From a virus (Duplodnaviria > Caudoviricetes): a stretch of DNA of 37,113 nt. The position numbers and the translations under genes were made by a program. The notes beneath the pieces were generated by a model. It did not search any database, was not told where the DNA came from, and worked only from the letters and a program-made list of their open reading frames with translations. This document shows positions 25,258 through 34,388 of the stretch, piece by piece (within the stretch, counting starts at the first letter, position 1; each line of letters begins with the position of its first letter). The stretch lies in IMG/VR virus record IMGVR_UViG_3300005764_000038, positions 1-37,113 of that record; one strand, given 5' to 3'.

Positions 25258-26741
25258 GAACGCTTCTGCTCGTCGACCTGTCTAACGTGTACTGGACGCT
25301 CTACCACGTCACGAGCGACAAGCCGCTTTCGGAGGCCTTCGAAGCCACCGTCAGCAAGGTGCACGGCCTGCGGGGGGGGTTCGATTACTGCGTTTGTTGC
25401 TGCGATGCGAAGTCGCCCTATTTTCGCCACGAGCTTCTGCCGTCTTACAAGGCAAACCGCGAAACCGCGCCCGCGCAAGCCGTCGAGCAATTCGCCCGCG
25501 TGCGTGAACGCCTCCGAAAGGATGGCCTTCTCTTGTGGGGGGCCGACGGTTTCGAAGCGGATGACGTCATCGCGACGGCCACGGCCCGCGCCATCGAAGA
25601 AGGGCTTTCGGTCACAATCGCGAGCGCCGACAAGGATCTCTTGCAGCTCGTCGACGATGACAAGGGGGTGCGCGTCTTCTCTCCGTTCACGGAAAAGCTC
25701 ATGATGCGGACGCAGGTTATCGAGAAATTCGGCGTTGCACCCGAGATGATGGGAGACCTGCTCGCGCTCGTCGGTGATAAGGCCGACAACGTGGAAGGCG
25801 TACCGAAGATCGGCGTCAAGACCGCGGCGAAGCTTCTCCTTCAATGGGGAACGCTCGATGACGTGCTCTTCAAGGCAGATCAGAACACCCCGGCGGTCCG
25901 TGACGCGCTCATCACGTATGCCGAAAACGCTCGCCTCGCTCGGCGGATAGTGCAGCTTCGGCACGACGTACCGATCGACTGGTCTGAGCTCTTCGCCGAC
26001 CGGCGGCCCGAGCCGCTTGCCGAGGCTCAGTGGACGGAGGGCGAGACGGAGGCCGACGAGGCCGCTCAGGCGCTCATTAGCGGGCCCCGGAAGCCCGACA
26101 CCATGCCGGCCCCCGCCCCGGCGCCCGAGACGCCGAGGGAGCCAAAGGACGAGCCCCGCCAGGGCCCCGGGGTGCGCTCGATCGTCGTGCCGGACACCGC
26201 ATCCCTCGCCGCTCTCGATTGGAACCTTCAGCTCGAACCGACGACGCTCGCCATTGCCCGCCGGCTCGCGATCGACCTGAACGAGTCCCGGCTCTTCGCG
26301 AAGAAATTCCACTCGGCCGAGGCTATCTTCGCCGTCATCATCCGCGGGCGAGAGATGGGCATCGGGGCGCTGACGGCGCTCGCGGTCACGCACTTTTTTG
26401 AAGATAAGATGTCGCTAGATGCCCACTACATCGTGGCGAAGGCGAAGGAGCACCCCGATTGCGAGTGGTTTCAGTACATCGGGGGAGACGACACGTATGC
26501 CGAGTGGCGGACGAAAAACCGCCGAAACCCCGGGCCCACGACGCACCGGTACACGATCGAGCAGGCGCAAAAGGCGGGCCTGCTTCGCCCGAGCCGAAGC
26601 GGCTACCCGTCAAACTGGACGCTTCGCCCGAACGAGCTCTTGCGGAAGACTTGCGCGGTGCAGCTCGTGCGGATGGAGTACCCGTCGGCCGCGCTCGGGC
26701 TTTACGCCGTCGAAGAGCTCGGCAGCGAAGACGCCGCATAG
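25254..26741 (+). CDS. 5'-3' exonuclease (PolA/FEN-type PIN + H3TH) fused to a RecT-like single-strand annealing domain
   Basis: N-terminal motifs LLVD, RHELLPSYKANR, FEADDVIAT, SADKDLLQL and GDKADNVEGVPKIGVKTA. C-terminal motifs RGREMGIG, YTIEQAQKAGL and NWTLRPNELLRK...RMEYP...GLYAVEE. Confidence 0.85.
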   Translation: MRTLLLVDLSNVYWTLYHVTSDKPLSEAFEATVSKVHGLRGGFDYCVCCCDAKSPYFRHELLPSYKANRETAPAQAVEQFARVRERLRKDGLLLWGADGFEADDVIATATARAIEEGLSVTIASADKDLLQLVDDDKGVRVFSPFTEKLMMRTQVIEKFGVAPEMMGDLLALVGDKADNVEGVPKIGVKTAAKLLLQWGTLDDVLFKADQNTPAVRDALITYAENARLARRIVQLRHDVPIDWSELFADRRPEPLAEAQWTEGETEADEAAQALISGPRKPDTMPAPAPAPETPREPKDEPRQGPGVRSIVVPDTASLAALDWNLQLEPTTLAIARRLAIDLNESRLFAKKFHSAEAIFAVIIRGREMGIGALTALAVTHFFEDKMSLDAHYIVAKAKEHPDCEWFQYIGGDDTYAEWRTKNRRNPGPTTHRYTIEQAQKAGLLRPSRSGYPSNWTLRPNELLRKTCAVQLVRMEYPSAALGLYAVEELGSEDAA

Positions 26742-26783
26742 TGAACCTATACCTATCGAGGGCGCATACTGTATCGGTGAGCC

Positions 26784-27236
26784 ATGGCTACATCAAACGG
26801 CACGGATACCGAGAGCACGACTTCGCCCGACGAGGCCGCGCGGCTTTTCTTCACCGACAAGGCATGGCGGGAGCGGTTCGAGGCGCGCTGCGAGAACCAG
26901 CGTGAGGCCGCCCGGAGCGAAGCGGAAGAGATGATCCGAGAGGGGCAAGAACGCCTTGCGGCCCTGGCTGACTCGAGCGGCAAGTGGCTCGCGCCGAAGC
27001 CATTGAAGAAGACGAACGGCAAGGCCGCGCCCGCCCCGAAGGGCAAACCGAAGGCGAACACCAGTTCGACCGATGCGCTCGATTGCATCCGGGGCGCGGG
27101 GAAAGACGGTATCGGAACGGTCGCGCTTAGCAAGGTGCTCGGCACCGCAGCGGGTCCCGTCGTCCGCCCGCTCATCGATGCCGGCAAGGTCCGGAGCACC
27201 GGAAAGAAGCGCGGTATGACCTTCTTCGCCGTTTAA
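26784..27236 (+). CDS. DNA-binding protein: coiled-coil N-terminus, basic linker, C-terminal winged helix (150 aa)
   Basis: C-terminus LIDAGKVRSTGKKRGMTFF is wing-like. Confidence 0.65.
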   Translation: MATSNGTDTESTTSPDEAARLFFTDKAWRERFEARCENQREAARSEAEEMIREGQERLAALADSSGKWLAPKPLKKTNGKAAPAPKGKPKANTSSTDALDCIRGAGKDGIGTVALSKVLGTAAGPVVRPLIDAGKVRSTGKKRGMTFFAV

Positions 27237-27266
27237 ACGGTACGCCTGGCGTGATAATGAAGCCGG

Positions 27267-27995
27267 ATGATTGCGCCGCATGAATTAAGGGCGGAATTCC
27301 GCGCGCGCGGGTATGCGGTGGCTCCGGGGGTGGTCAATCCGGCGGCAATTGACCTGCTGCTCGAACGGTTTACCGGATTGGTCCGTAAAGCCGGACTGCC
27401 GTCATTCAAGGATCCGCGGGGACCCGTAGCAGCCGATCTGCTCGCCGCGCACCCGGATATCGTGGCGCGTGTTTACGATGAGATCCGGCAAACGCCGTGG
27501 CTCGCGGCCCTGGCCATGGACCCGGGTATCACCGCGCTCATCGGAGAGATCATTCAACGACCGTTCGGCCTTCTTAGAAAGCTGCCCTTTCGAATCGACG
27601 TGCCGCGCGAGACGAAAGAGATCGCTGTTTGGCACCAGGATTATTTCTATGTTCGCGGCAGTCGCCAGACGATCACCGCGTGGATCCCGCTTCAAGACAC
27701 GAGCTACTTGAACGGCTGCCTTTTGATCATGCCGGGTAGCCATGAGCTCGGCCCCCTCGGGCACGATGGCCACGCGCTCGGCAAGCGGCATTTCCCGACC
27801 GCCATTTTTGGCAGAGAGGTGCGCTACATCGAGCTACGACTAGGGGACGCGCTCTTTTTTGACGCTTGTCTGCTGCACTCGTCCGGCGTGAACCTATCGC
27901 CCGTTGTTCGCTACTCTCTGAACGCCCGATTTGCACCACTCGATGGGGAGCACGATCCGGGCATGGGGGGCATTCTCCCGATCGAGGCACCATGA
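27267..27995 (+). CDS. PhyH-family Fe(II)/2-oxoglutarate dioxygenase
   Basis: Motifs WHQD (HxD), AWIPLQD, NGCLLIMPGSH and GDALFF...LHSSGVN...R. Confidence 0.9.
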   Translation: MIAPHELRAEFRARGYAVAPGVVNPAAIDLLLERFTGLVRKAGLPSFKDPRGPVAADLLAAHPDIVARVYDEIRQTPWLAALAMDPGITALIGEIIQRPFGLLRKLPFRIDVPRETKEIAVWHQDYFYVRGSRQTITAWIPLQDTSYLNGCLLIMPGSHELGPLGHDGHALGKRHFPTAIFGREVRYIELRLGDALFFDACLLHSSGVNLSPVVRYSLNARFAPLDGEHDPGMGGILPIEAP

Positions 27996-28741
27996 TCCGC
28001 GAACCCAAGAACCAGTCACCGGCTGACACCGCTCAGTTTGCGGCCGTCGAACGCGTGTTCGCGGAATCTGCCGGGAGCGTCTCCGACAAACTCGACGCTT
28101 TCCCAAAATTCGCGAGCAGGCAAGCACTCGCCAAGTTTTTAGCCCGGTACGAGATTTTCAAACAAATCCTCGCTGTGAACGGCTCGATCATTGAATGCGG
28201 GGTCCTCCATGGCGGCGGGCTCCTTACATGGGCAAAACTCTCGGCCATTTTTGAACCATCGAATCACACGCGCCGAATCATCGGGTTCGATACATTCACC
28301 GGGTTTCCGAGCGTGCACGCGTCTGACCTTTCCGGCGACTCGTCACATGTGGCGGTCGGAGGGCTTCGGGGCTCCACGCTCGCGGACGTGTCCGCCGCGG
28401 TAGAGCTATTCGATCTGAACCGTCCGATCGCCCATATCCCGAAAATTGAGCTTGTGGCGGGTAACCTCTGCTCGACCGCTGGCATCTATCTCCGGTCTAA
28501 CGAGCATCTCGTGGTCGGGCTTCTCTATCTCGATGTCGACCTCTATGAGCCAACCAAGGCGGCCCTAGAGGCGTTCTTGCCCCGGATGCCACGAGGCGCC
28601 GTGCTCGCCTTTGACGAGCTCAACGCCAAGACGTTTCCCGGGGAAACGCGAGCCGTGCAAGAGGCGATAGGCCTGGCTAACCTGAAGATTCGGCGCTTTC
28701 CCTTCGATCCGTATATCTCGTTTGCGATCATTGGCGACTAG
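27992..28741 (+). CDS. TylF/MycF/NovP-family SAM-dependent O-methyltransferase (249 aa)
   Basis: ATGA overlap with the dioxygenase gene. Motifs GSIIECGVLHG, GFDTFTGFP, LDVDLYEPT and GAVLAFDE. Confidence 0.88.
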   Translation: MIREPKNQSPADTAQFAAVERVFAESAGSVSDKLDAFPKFASRQALAKFLARYEIFKQILAVNGSIIECGVLHGGGLLTWAKLSAIFEPSNHTRRIIGFDTFTGFPSVHASDLSGDSSHVAVGGLRGSTLADVSAAVELFDLNRPIAHIPKIELVAGNLCSTAGIYLRSNEHLVVGLLYLDVDLYEPTKAALEAFLPRMPRGAVLAFDELNAKTFPGETRAVQEAIGLANLKIRRFPFDPYISFAIIGD

Positions 28742-28877
28742 GTGTGTCTTCACTTGTCGACGATCACGCGCGCGCCCCCGTCGGGCAGCTCGATAGGCAC
28801 GTAATAACAGACTTGTTTCATCGAACAGGACCCAGCGCCCCAAAAGAGCAGGCAAATCCACAAGCGCGCCTTGACGC

Positions 28878-29951
28878 TCATAGGGTCACGAGCCCCCCAT
28901 ATTTCAGCGCCACCGCGCTATCCAATGCAGCGATCGCGCCCGCACCCATGGCATAGGTACCCGTCAGAATCATGTGTGAGGCTATTTCGATTTTGCCAAA
29001 CTGGGCCGATCCGGAAAAATACGCACCAATGGTAAACCCCGCGGACGGATCGCTATTGCCTGCATTGGCCCCCGTAACGGTGCTCGCCCCTGCCCTGAGA
29101 AAGTCCCCGGTTGAGTTTGTGAACTGGACCACGAAACGACACCATGTGTTAACGGCAGCCCCGCTATTGTTGTTTACGTTCGAGCCGCAATACATCGACA
29201 GCGCCGGGGTTGCTACCTGCATACTTAATACCCCGGCAGCGGTTCCGCTAGTATTCCCACAGAAACCCTTGCCGCTCGTCCATGTCAGGGTTCGGGCCAC
29301 AATATAGTAACAGAAGGGTGTGGACCCCGGGGCCGCCATATTGATGCTCGCTGCGTCAAGCTGATCGTCGATGCCGTCCGTCTGAACCGTAGCGAAGCCA
29401 TTTAGGGCGGCCGCATTGCGGGCGGGTTGTTTGCTACCCGTGGCTTGCGAATAATTGTTTCCATTACCCGATTGGTCGGCCCAAGCGGAGACCCCGGTGC
29501 CGATGGTGATTCCCAGATCGGACTGTACGCTAGCAACCACCGTCCCCCCGTTCGCGGTGGCTACCTTTGCGAAATCGGTAATGACGGTAATGTTGATTGT
29601 GGGGGAACTCGTCGATTGGCCGGCCCGCGTCGCTTTTGCGGCTAGCGTATGAGACCCATCCGCAATGGTTGTCTCTGTCCAGCTGGTAGAAAAGGTTCCG
29701 GCAGGGGTACCGGCGCCCAATACGGTAGCGACCACGGTAGAGCCATCTAAGATCCACTCCATCTTATCAAGATCGGTATCCGTAGTCGAAGCAGATACCG
29801 TAACAGCTGTGCTGTGATAGACGTTGGATCCATTTGTTGGGGCCGTCAATGTCGGCACTTGTGGTGCGGCCGGGCCGCTTCCGCCCCCGCCGAGAATCCC
29901 TGGCGGCACACCCCCGAAGATCGGGGCTACTCCAATACCGATAGCGCCCAT
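28878..29951 (-). CDS. Virion protein with Ig-like plus LamG-like domains; candidate receptor-binding protein (357 aa)
   Basis: Ig-like region TAPTNGS...ADGSHTLAAKAT, then LamG-like region VSAWADQSGNGNNYSQATGSKQP...DGIDDQL. Confidence 0.75.
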   Translation of the reverse strand: MGAIGIGVAPIFGGVPPGILGGGGSGPAAPQVPTLTAPTNGSNVYHSTAVTVSASTTDTDLDKMEWILDGSTVVATVLGAGTPAGTFSTSWTETTIADGSHTLAAKATRAGQSTSSPTINITVITDFAKVATANGGTVVASVQSDLGITIGTGVSAWADQSGNGNNYSQATGSKQPARNAAALNGFATVQTDGIDDQLDAASINMAAPGSTPFCYYIVARTLTWTSGKGFCGNTSGTAAGVLSMQVATPALSMYCGSNVNNNSGAAVNTWCRFVVQFTNSTGDFLRAGASTVTGANAGNSDPSAGFTIGAYFSGSAQFGKIEIASHMILTGTYAMGAGAIAALDSAVALKYGGLVTL

Positions 29952-29958
29952 GGCTTAT

Positions 29959-30270
29959 CTAGAAGAAGACGAGCACGCTCGTTACTGTGCACGCGGCCGT
30001 GAGCGTGATGGCTTCGATTTCGAGCGCGACACCTTGAAGATTCGTCGCGTCGAGCGTTTGGGTGACGCCGTCTGAGCCGACCCAACCGAGCACTTTCGTA
30101 CCGGCGCCCACGTTGTTTATGATGAGCTTCCGGGATGCCGTCGCCTGCGTGGATAGCTGCGTCAGGTCGGCCGGAAACGAGCTTACCTGCCTTGTGCAGG
30201 ATGAGGAGCCGATGTCGTGCGTCCGGCCGCTACCACGCCCCGAAGGGCCTCTAATGAGTGAAGCTGCCAT
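29959..30270 (-). CDS. Small beta-rich structural protein (103 aa)
   Basis: RBS GGGAGG. Lies at the distal end of the late operon. Confidence 0.65.
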   Translation of the reverse strand: MAASLIRGPSGRGSGRTHDIGSSSCTRQVSSFPADLTQLSTQATASRKLIINNVGAGTKVLGWVGSDGVTQTLDATNLQGVALEIEAITLTAACTVTSVLVFF

Positions 30271-30274
30271 GGTT

Positions 30275-32629
30275 TCAAATCCTCCCGCTATTCATCTCCA
30301 TTTGATCGAGTGACGAGTCGAAGCCCGCCGGGCGATTGCCGGGGACCGTTTCCTTCGGGGGCGCCTGATCGGCCATCGCCTGCTCTTGCTGGCCCTGCGC
30401 CTGGCGCCGCTTCTCGTACACCGCCTGGCCGGCGCGGATAGACTCTGGACGGAGCGATGGATCGGTCGGCACGCCGAGCAGGACGCCGAGCTGTATGCGG
30501 TCGTCGTAGTCCATGTCCGCGTTCTTGTCGGTTATCTTTTCGACTGCGATACGCCGAAACTGATCGAGCAACGCGGGCGCGGTCGCTTTCAGAGCGTCGA
30601 TGTGATCGGTGGTTAGGCGACCTTCGTTCAGAGCGGTAAGGGCGCTCTTCGGGTCTTCAACCGTCTTCACCTTGCGAAGCCATTTCAGGGTATCGACGAT
30701 GTTCGGGGGAGCCTGGCGCGCGACGCGCGCGAGCACCGGGTGCTTGATTTGCGCCGGCCCGACGGGCGCCTCTTTCATGAGGTAGGCGGCTGCGGCACGA
30801 CGGGCGGCCTCGGCTGCAGCTTCCGTCTTCGGCGCTCCCGGAATGCTCACGAGGGTGCCGGGCGCGCTCTTCGCCTCGCGCTCGACGGCTTGGAGCTTCG
30901 CGTAATACTCGCGCGTCCGCGCCTTCTGGTCGTCTGCCGCGGCGAATTGCTCGCGAAGCGCAGGCGCCCGCGCGGCGGAAACCGTCCCCTTCGCGGCGCG
31001 CTGCGCGCCTGAGACCCATTTACCGATCGAGCTGTCGATCTCGGTATCGAGGTTTGCGAGCGAGTGAGCGAGCTTTCCGACGATGCGATCGGCCTGCGTC
31101 GAGCGAAGCGCCCGCGTCGCTGCGGCGGCAAGGACACCAGCGGGACCCGCGTGCGCCAGGCCCGTCATGCCCGCCATAATGTCCATGGGGTTCAAGTCGG
31201 CGAGGCCTGCGACGCCCCCGACACGTTTATTCGCAACGCCCGTGATTTCCTTCAGCGTGCCGTAGCGCGCTTTCGCGTCCATGTATTGCTGCCGAAACTC
31301 CGGGGACGTGCCTCGCATGACGGCGTCCGCATCCGTTTCGAATTGCGTTTCGAGGTCGGCGCGGAGGTTTCGGATCTGCTGCTCGAACGCATCCGCCGGT
31401 CGCCCCTTGCCAGTGCCGGGGTAAGTCTTCTTCCCGTAGTTCGAAAGCTCGTTATCGAGCTTTCGGCGGAAGTTATGAGCTTCTTCGAAGGAGACCGGCT
31501 CACCCTCCGGAAACGATTGCTTGAAGCGTTCAAGCTCGCGCCCGAACCGCTTCGCGAGTCGGTCTTCACCGCGCGTTTGCGCCGAGGCCTGTAGCTCTTC
31601 AATGCGCGTGCTGGCCTCGTCGAGCACGCCACGCACGTTGACCCCCTGCCCGGGCGTCCGCGCCTCGTCGAGCGCCTTGCGCATCTCCCCGAGTACTTCC
31701 CCGGCTTCGGACTTCGCGGCATCGAGCTTGCCGGCCGCGGTCTTCAGGCTGTCGAACGTACCGATCGATTCGGTTTCGCGGACGGCGTTCGCCACCTTCC
31801 GCATCTCGTCCTTGCCCGCGCGGCTCAGCTTCGAAATGTCGGCGCCCTGGTAACCTACACTCTTCAGCGCTTTCGCATCCGCGATGTCTTGAAGCATTTC
31901 GCGGGCCGAGAACGAGCCACCGATTTTCCGGGCGACCGCGCCCCCGAGCTCACCCGCGGCGCCGAGCGCCCCGCCCCCGAGCGCCCCGAATTCCGCGCCG
32001 TCGATGGCGCCCGCCCACAGTCGCTGCGCAAGGTTATTGTAGTCGCCTCCCGGCGCTAGGGCGGCTTCCGAGAGCGCCTGCCCGGCACCCATGGCGCCCC
32101 CTTCGAAAGCGCCCTGAGCCGCCGATTTGAGGGTGCCAAGGGCCACTCTGCCGGCAAGGCTCTCACCGGTGAGCCCCGCGGCGCCCGCAAGCGCTTCGGC
32201 TCCCCGACTGGCAAGAGTCCCACCCCGCGCCGCGAGCGCGAGCGGAGAGAGCTCGGCGGCCTCGGCCAGAAGCGAGCCGCCCCCCGTGAGCGCAATCGGC
32301 GCAATGATACCAGCGGCGCTCCCCGCGAGGCTCGACGCAGGATTTGCGATTTCCCGGAGCCGTCGGTTTTCGCGAAACTCGTCACCGAAAAGCGCCCCTC
32401 CCGCGACGTCCGAAAGGCCGAGCGTGAGTGTGGACGCGCCGCTTCCCGCGAAGGCCTTCGCCGCGCCTGTCAGCCCTTCTTTCGCTTCGAGCTCGCGCGC
32501 CGCGAATTGCTCGGGCGTGAGTAACTGATATCCCGCGTCCGCGGCTTCCGTGAGCTTGTCGGGACGTACTTCGACCGTCCGCCCATCGGGCGAGATCGCA
32601 TGCACCGTTTCGTCGACGGCCTGAGTCAC
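30275..32629 (-). CDS. Large internal virion / DNA ejection protein (about 784 aa)
   Basis: GTG at 32629 overlaps the upstream stop. Gly/Ala-rich hydrophobic N-terminal half and helical C-terminal half. Third of three ejection-type genes after tail tubular B. Confidence 0.7.
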   Translation of the reverse strand: MTQAVDETVHAISPDGRTVEVRPDKLTEAADAGYQLLTPEQFAARELEAKEGLTGAAKAFAGSGASTLTLGLSDVAGGALFGDEFRENRRLREIANPASSLAGSAAGIIAPIALTGGGSLLAEAAELSPLALAARGGTLASRGAEALAGAAGLTGESLAGRVALGTLKSAAQGAFEGGAMGAGQALSEAALAPGGDYNNLAQRLWAGAIDGAEFGALGGGALGAAGELGGAVARKIGGSFSAREMLQDIADAKALKSVGYQGADISKLSRAGKDEMRKVANAVRETESIGTFDSLKTAAGKLDAAKSEAGEVLGEMRKALDEARTPGQGVNVRGVLDEASTRIEELQASAQTRGEDRLAKRFGRELERFKQSFPEGEPVSFEEAHNFRRKLDNELSNYGKKTYPGTGKGRPADAFEQQIRNLRADLETQFETDADAVMRGTSPEFRQQYMDAKARYGTLKEITGVANKRVGGVAGLADLNPMDIMAGMTGLAHAGPAGVLAAAATRALRSTQADRIVGKLAHSLANLDTEIDSSIGKWVSGAQRAAKGTVSAARAPALREQFAAADDQKARTREYYAKLQAVEREAKSAPGTLVSIPGAPKTEAAAEAARRAAAAYLMKEAPVGPAQIKHPVLARVARQAPPNIVDTLKWLRKVKTVEDPKSALTALNEGRLTTDHIDALKATAPALLDQFRRIAVEKITDKNADMDYDDRIQLGVLLGVPTDPSLRPESIRAGQAVYEKRRQAQGQQEQAMADQAPPKETVPGNRPAGFDSSLDQMEMNSGRI

Positions 32630-34386
32630 TTTTCGATGTCCTCCGCTTTCGCGCCGCCCGTCTTCATGTTCGACCATGGCTCAGTGAAAAGTGACTTCTT
32701 ACGAGTGTTCAGCTTGAACTGAAGAAGCTGTCTTGCCTGATCGATGCCGGCTCTTGTCGCGTCATCAAAAGAGAACGTGTCGCCCGTCGCCTTGCCCGAG
32801 AGCGGATCCATGAGCTCGGCGTCTTGCTTCGAAATCGCACCGAGCTCGTTCGAGTCTTTCAGCGCGAGAATATTTGCCGAGAGCGCCGTCCGGATACGGG
32901 CAAGGTCGCTCGGTGAGATGGAGTGGCCCGGTTTGCTGCCGAGCTGTTCAAGCAGGTTATAGGCGTTCAAAATCTCGGCGGCAGAGTTCACGGCTTTCTG
33001 TGCCGGGACCCCTTCACCCGGGCGCGAGTAGAGTTTCGTCCCGTCGGGGAAGATGACGGTGCGGCCGATTTCGCTTTCCGCCTGCCCCCGCTGGTCGCTC
33101 GTCATGGCTGGCCCCGGAAGCTCACCGCCCGCGGCCGCAGCGAGCGCATCGCTCGCCTTGATATCAGTCCCCTTCACCAAATTTGCGAGTCCGCGCAGGC
33201 CACCCGGCTGCGCCCCGACGACTTGCCCCGGAACGTACTGACTCGCGATGCGCGCCGCGCCTCCCTCCGCTTGCGCCATTTGCGCGTCGTACTGAGCAGC
33301 CTGCGTTTCGAGCGCCTGCGCTTGCTGCATGGCGTTTGCGCGCGCTTCGGGCGCTGCAGCACTCGCCGCAAGGCGCCTCGCTTCGGCTGCCGCCGCACGA
33401 AGACCGAGCGCCGTCTCGGCCGCGTTGGCCGCTTCGGGCGAGAGCATTTGGCCTTTGAAATCTTCCATGCGTTGCCGGAACGCAGAAAGCTTCTTGTCGC
33501 GCTCGGTCGAGAGACGCTCCATATCGTCTTTCACCATGCGAGAAACGCCCTCTGGATCTCCCGCAAGTCCAAACATTCCCGCCGCGATGAGTGCCAAGAT
33601 CTTGTGGCCCGTATCACGATGCGTCCACCACGCGTTAGGTTCGAGCTCGGTGTCTTTTCGGAGCTTTTCGAACTGGTCGTCGAGCCCCCGAAGATGCGCC
33701 TTAGCGGCCTCGTCTTTCCGCACCTGCTCGGCCTCTTTCGCACGAAGGTCACGCGCTTCAATGTCTGCCTGAATCCCGGTATCCAGGGCGGCCTTCGCCG
33801 CGACATCGCCCCTCTCGCGAATTAGCGCCTGCTCTTTTTCCTGACTCTCATGGATGCGTTGTTTGATCTCTTCCGGAACAGGCGCCGTCTTTTCCAGCAC
33901 GGTCGTGGTCGGTTGCTCGTGGCCTGGCACGTAGTGACCGGGCGAGCCTCGGAGCGCGCGCCGCGCAGCTTCGCCGACCAGCTGGCTTGCGATCTGATTC
34001 GGGGTCGGGCCCGGAGGGGGGGGCGCCGCTGGCGTGCTCCCCTTCTCCGCCGCTGCCGAGGCTAAGGCCTCCGGCGAAATCGTCGACATTGTCGGCGCGG
34101 GCGCAACGGATGCCGCAGGCGCAGCGGGCGGGGGCGCGACCGACATGCCTCCAACCGGAACGTCGCTCACACTCGGGGCCGGCGCGGGAGGCGCCGAGCT
34201 CGTGTCCCCGCTCCCTGCCATGATGCTCCGTGGGTCGACATCGGCGGTTCGAAGATCGGGCCCCATCGCCGGCTTCGTGATATCGGGCGCCCATAGCGCA
34301 TCGATGGCCGCCCGTTTCTGGTCGGGCGACATATTCGGATCGTCAACGATCCGATACGTGTCGAGTTCCAGGGGATTGCGTGCCAT
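32626..34386 (-). CDS. Internal virion / ejection protein (586 aa)
   Basis: Pro/Ala-rich then coiled-coil, with a short hydrophobic segment ILALIAAGMFGL. Position matches podovirus ejection genes. Confidence 0.65.
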   Translation of the reverse strand: MARNPLELDTYRIVDDPNMSPDQKRAAIDALWAPDITKPAMGPDLRTADVDPRSIMAGSGDTSSAPPAPAPSVSDVPVGGMSVAPPPAAPAASVAPAPTMSTISPEALASAAAEKGSTPAAPPPPGPTPNQIASQLVGEAARRALRGSPGHYVPGHEQPTTTVLEKTAPVPEEIKQRIHESQEKEQALIRERGDVAAKAALDTGIQADIEARDLRAKEAEQVRKDEAAKAHLRGLDDQFEKLRKDTELEPNAWWTHRDTGHKILALIAAGMFGLAGDPEGVSRMVKDDMERLSTERDKKLSAFRQRMEDFKGQMLSPEAANAAETALGLRAAAAEARRLAASAAAPEARANAMQQAQALETQAAQYDAQMAQAEGGAARIASQYVPGQVVGAQPGGLRGLANLVKGTDIKASDALAAAAGGELPGPAMTSDQRGQAESEIGRTVIFPDGTKLYSRPGEGVPAQKAVNSAAEILNAYNLLEQLGSKPGHSISPSDLARIRTALSANILALKDSNELGAISKQDAELMDPLSGKATGDTFSFDDATRAGIDQARQLLQFKLNTRKKSLFTEPWSNMKTGGAKAEDIEK

Positions 34387-34388
34387 GG

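Noticed and set aside
25188-26393. 401-aa minus-strand ORF
   Set aside because: Antisense shadow of the exonuclease gene.
25254-26741. DNA polymerase I
   Set aside because: Only the 5'-3' exonuclease domain is present. There are no 3'-5' exonuclease or polymerase motifs.
28878-29951. Diversity-generating retroelement target
   Set aside because: No reverse transcriptase gene and no template/variable repeat pair were seen.
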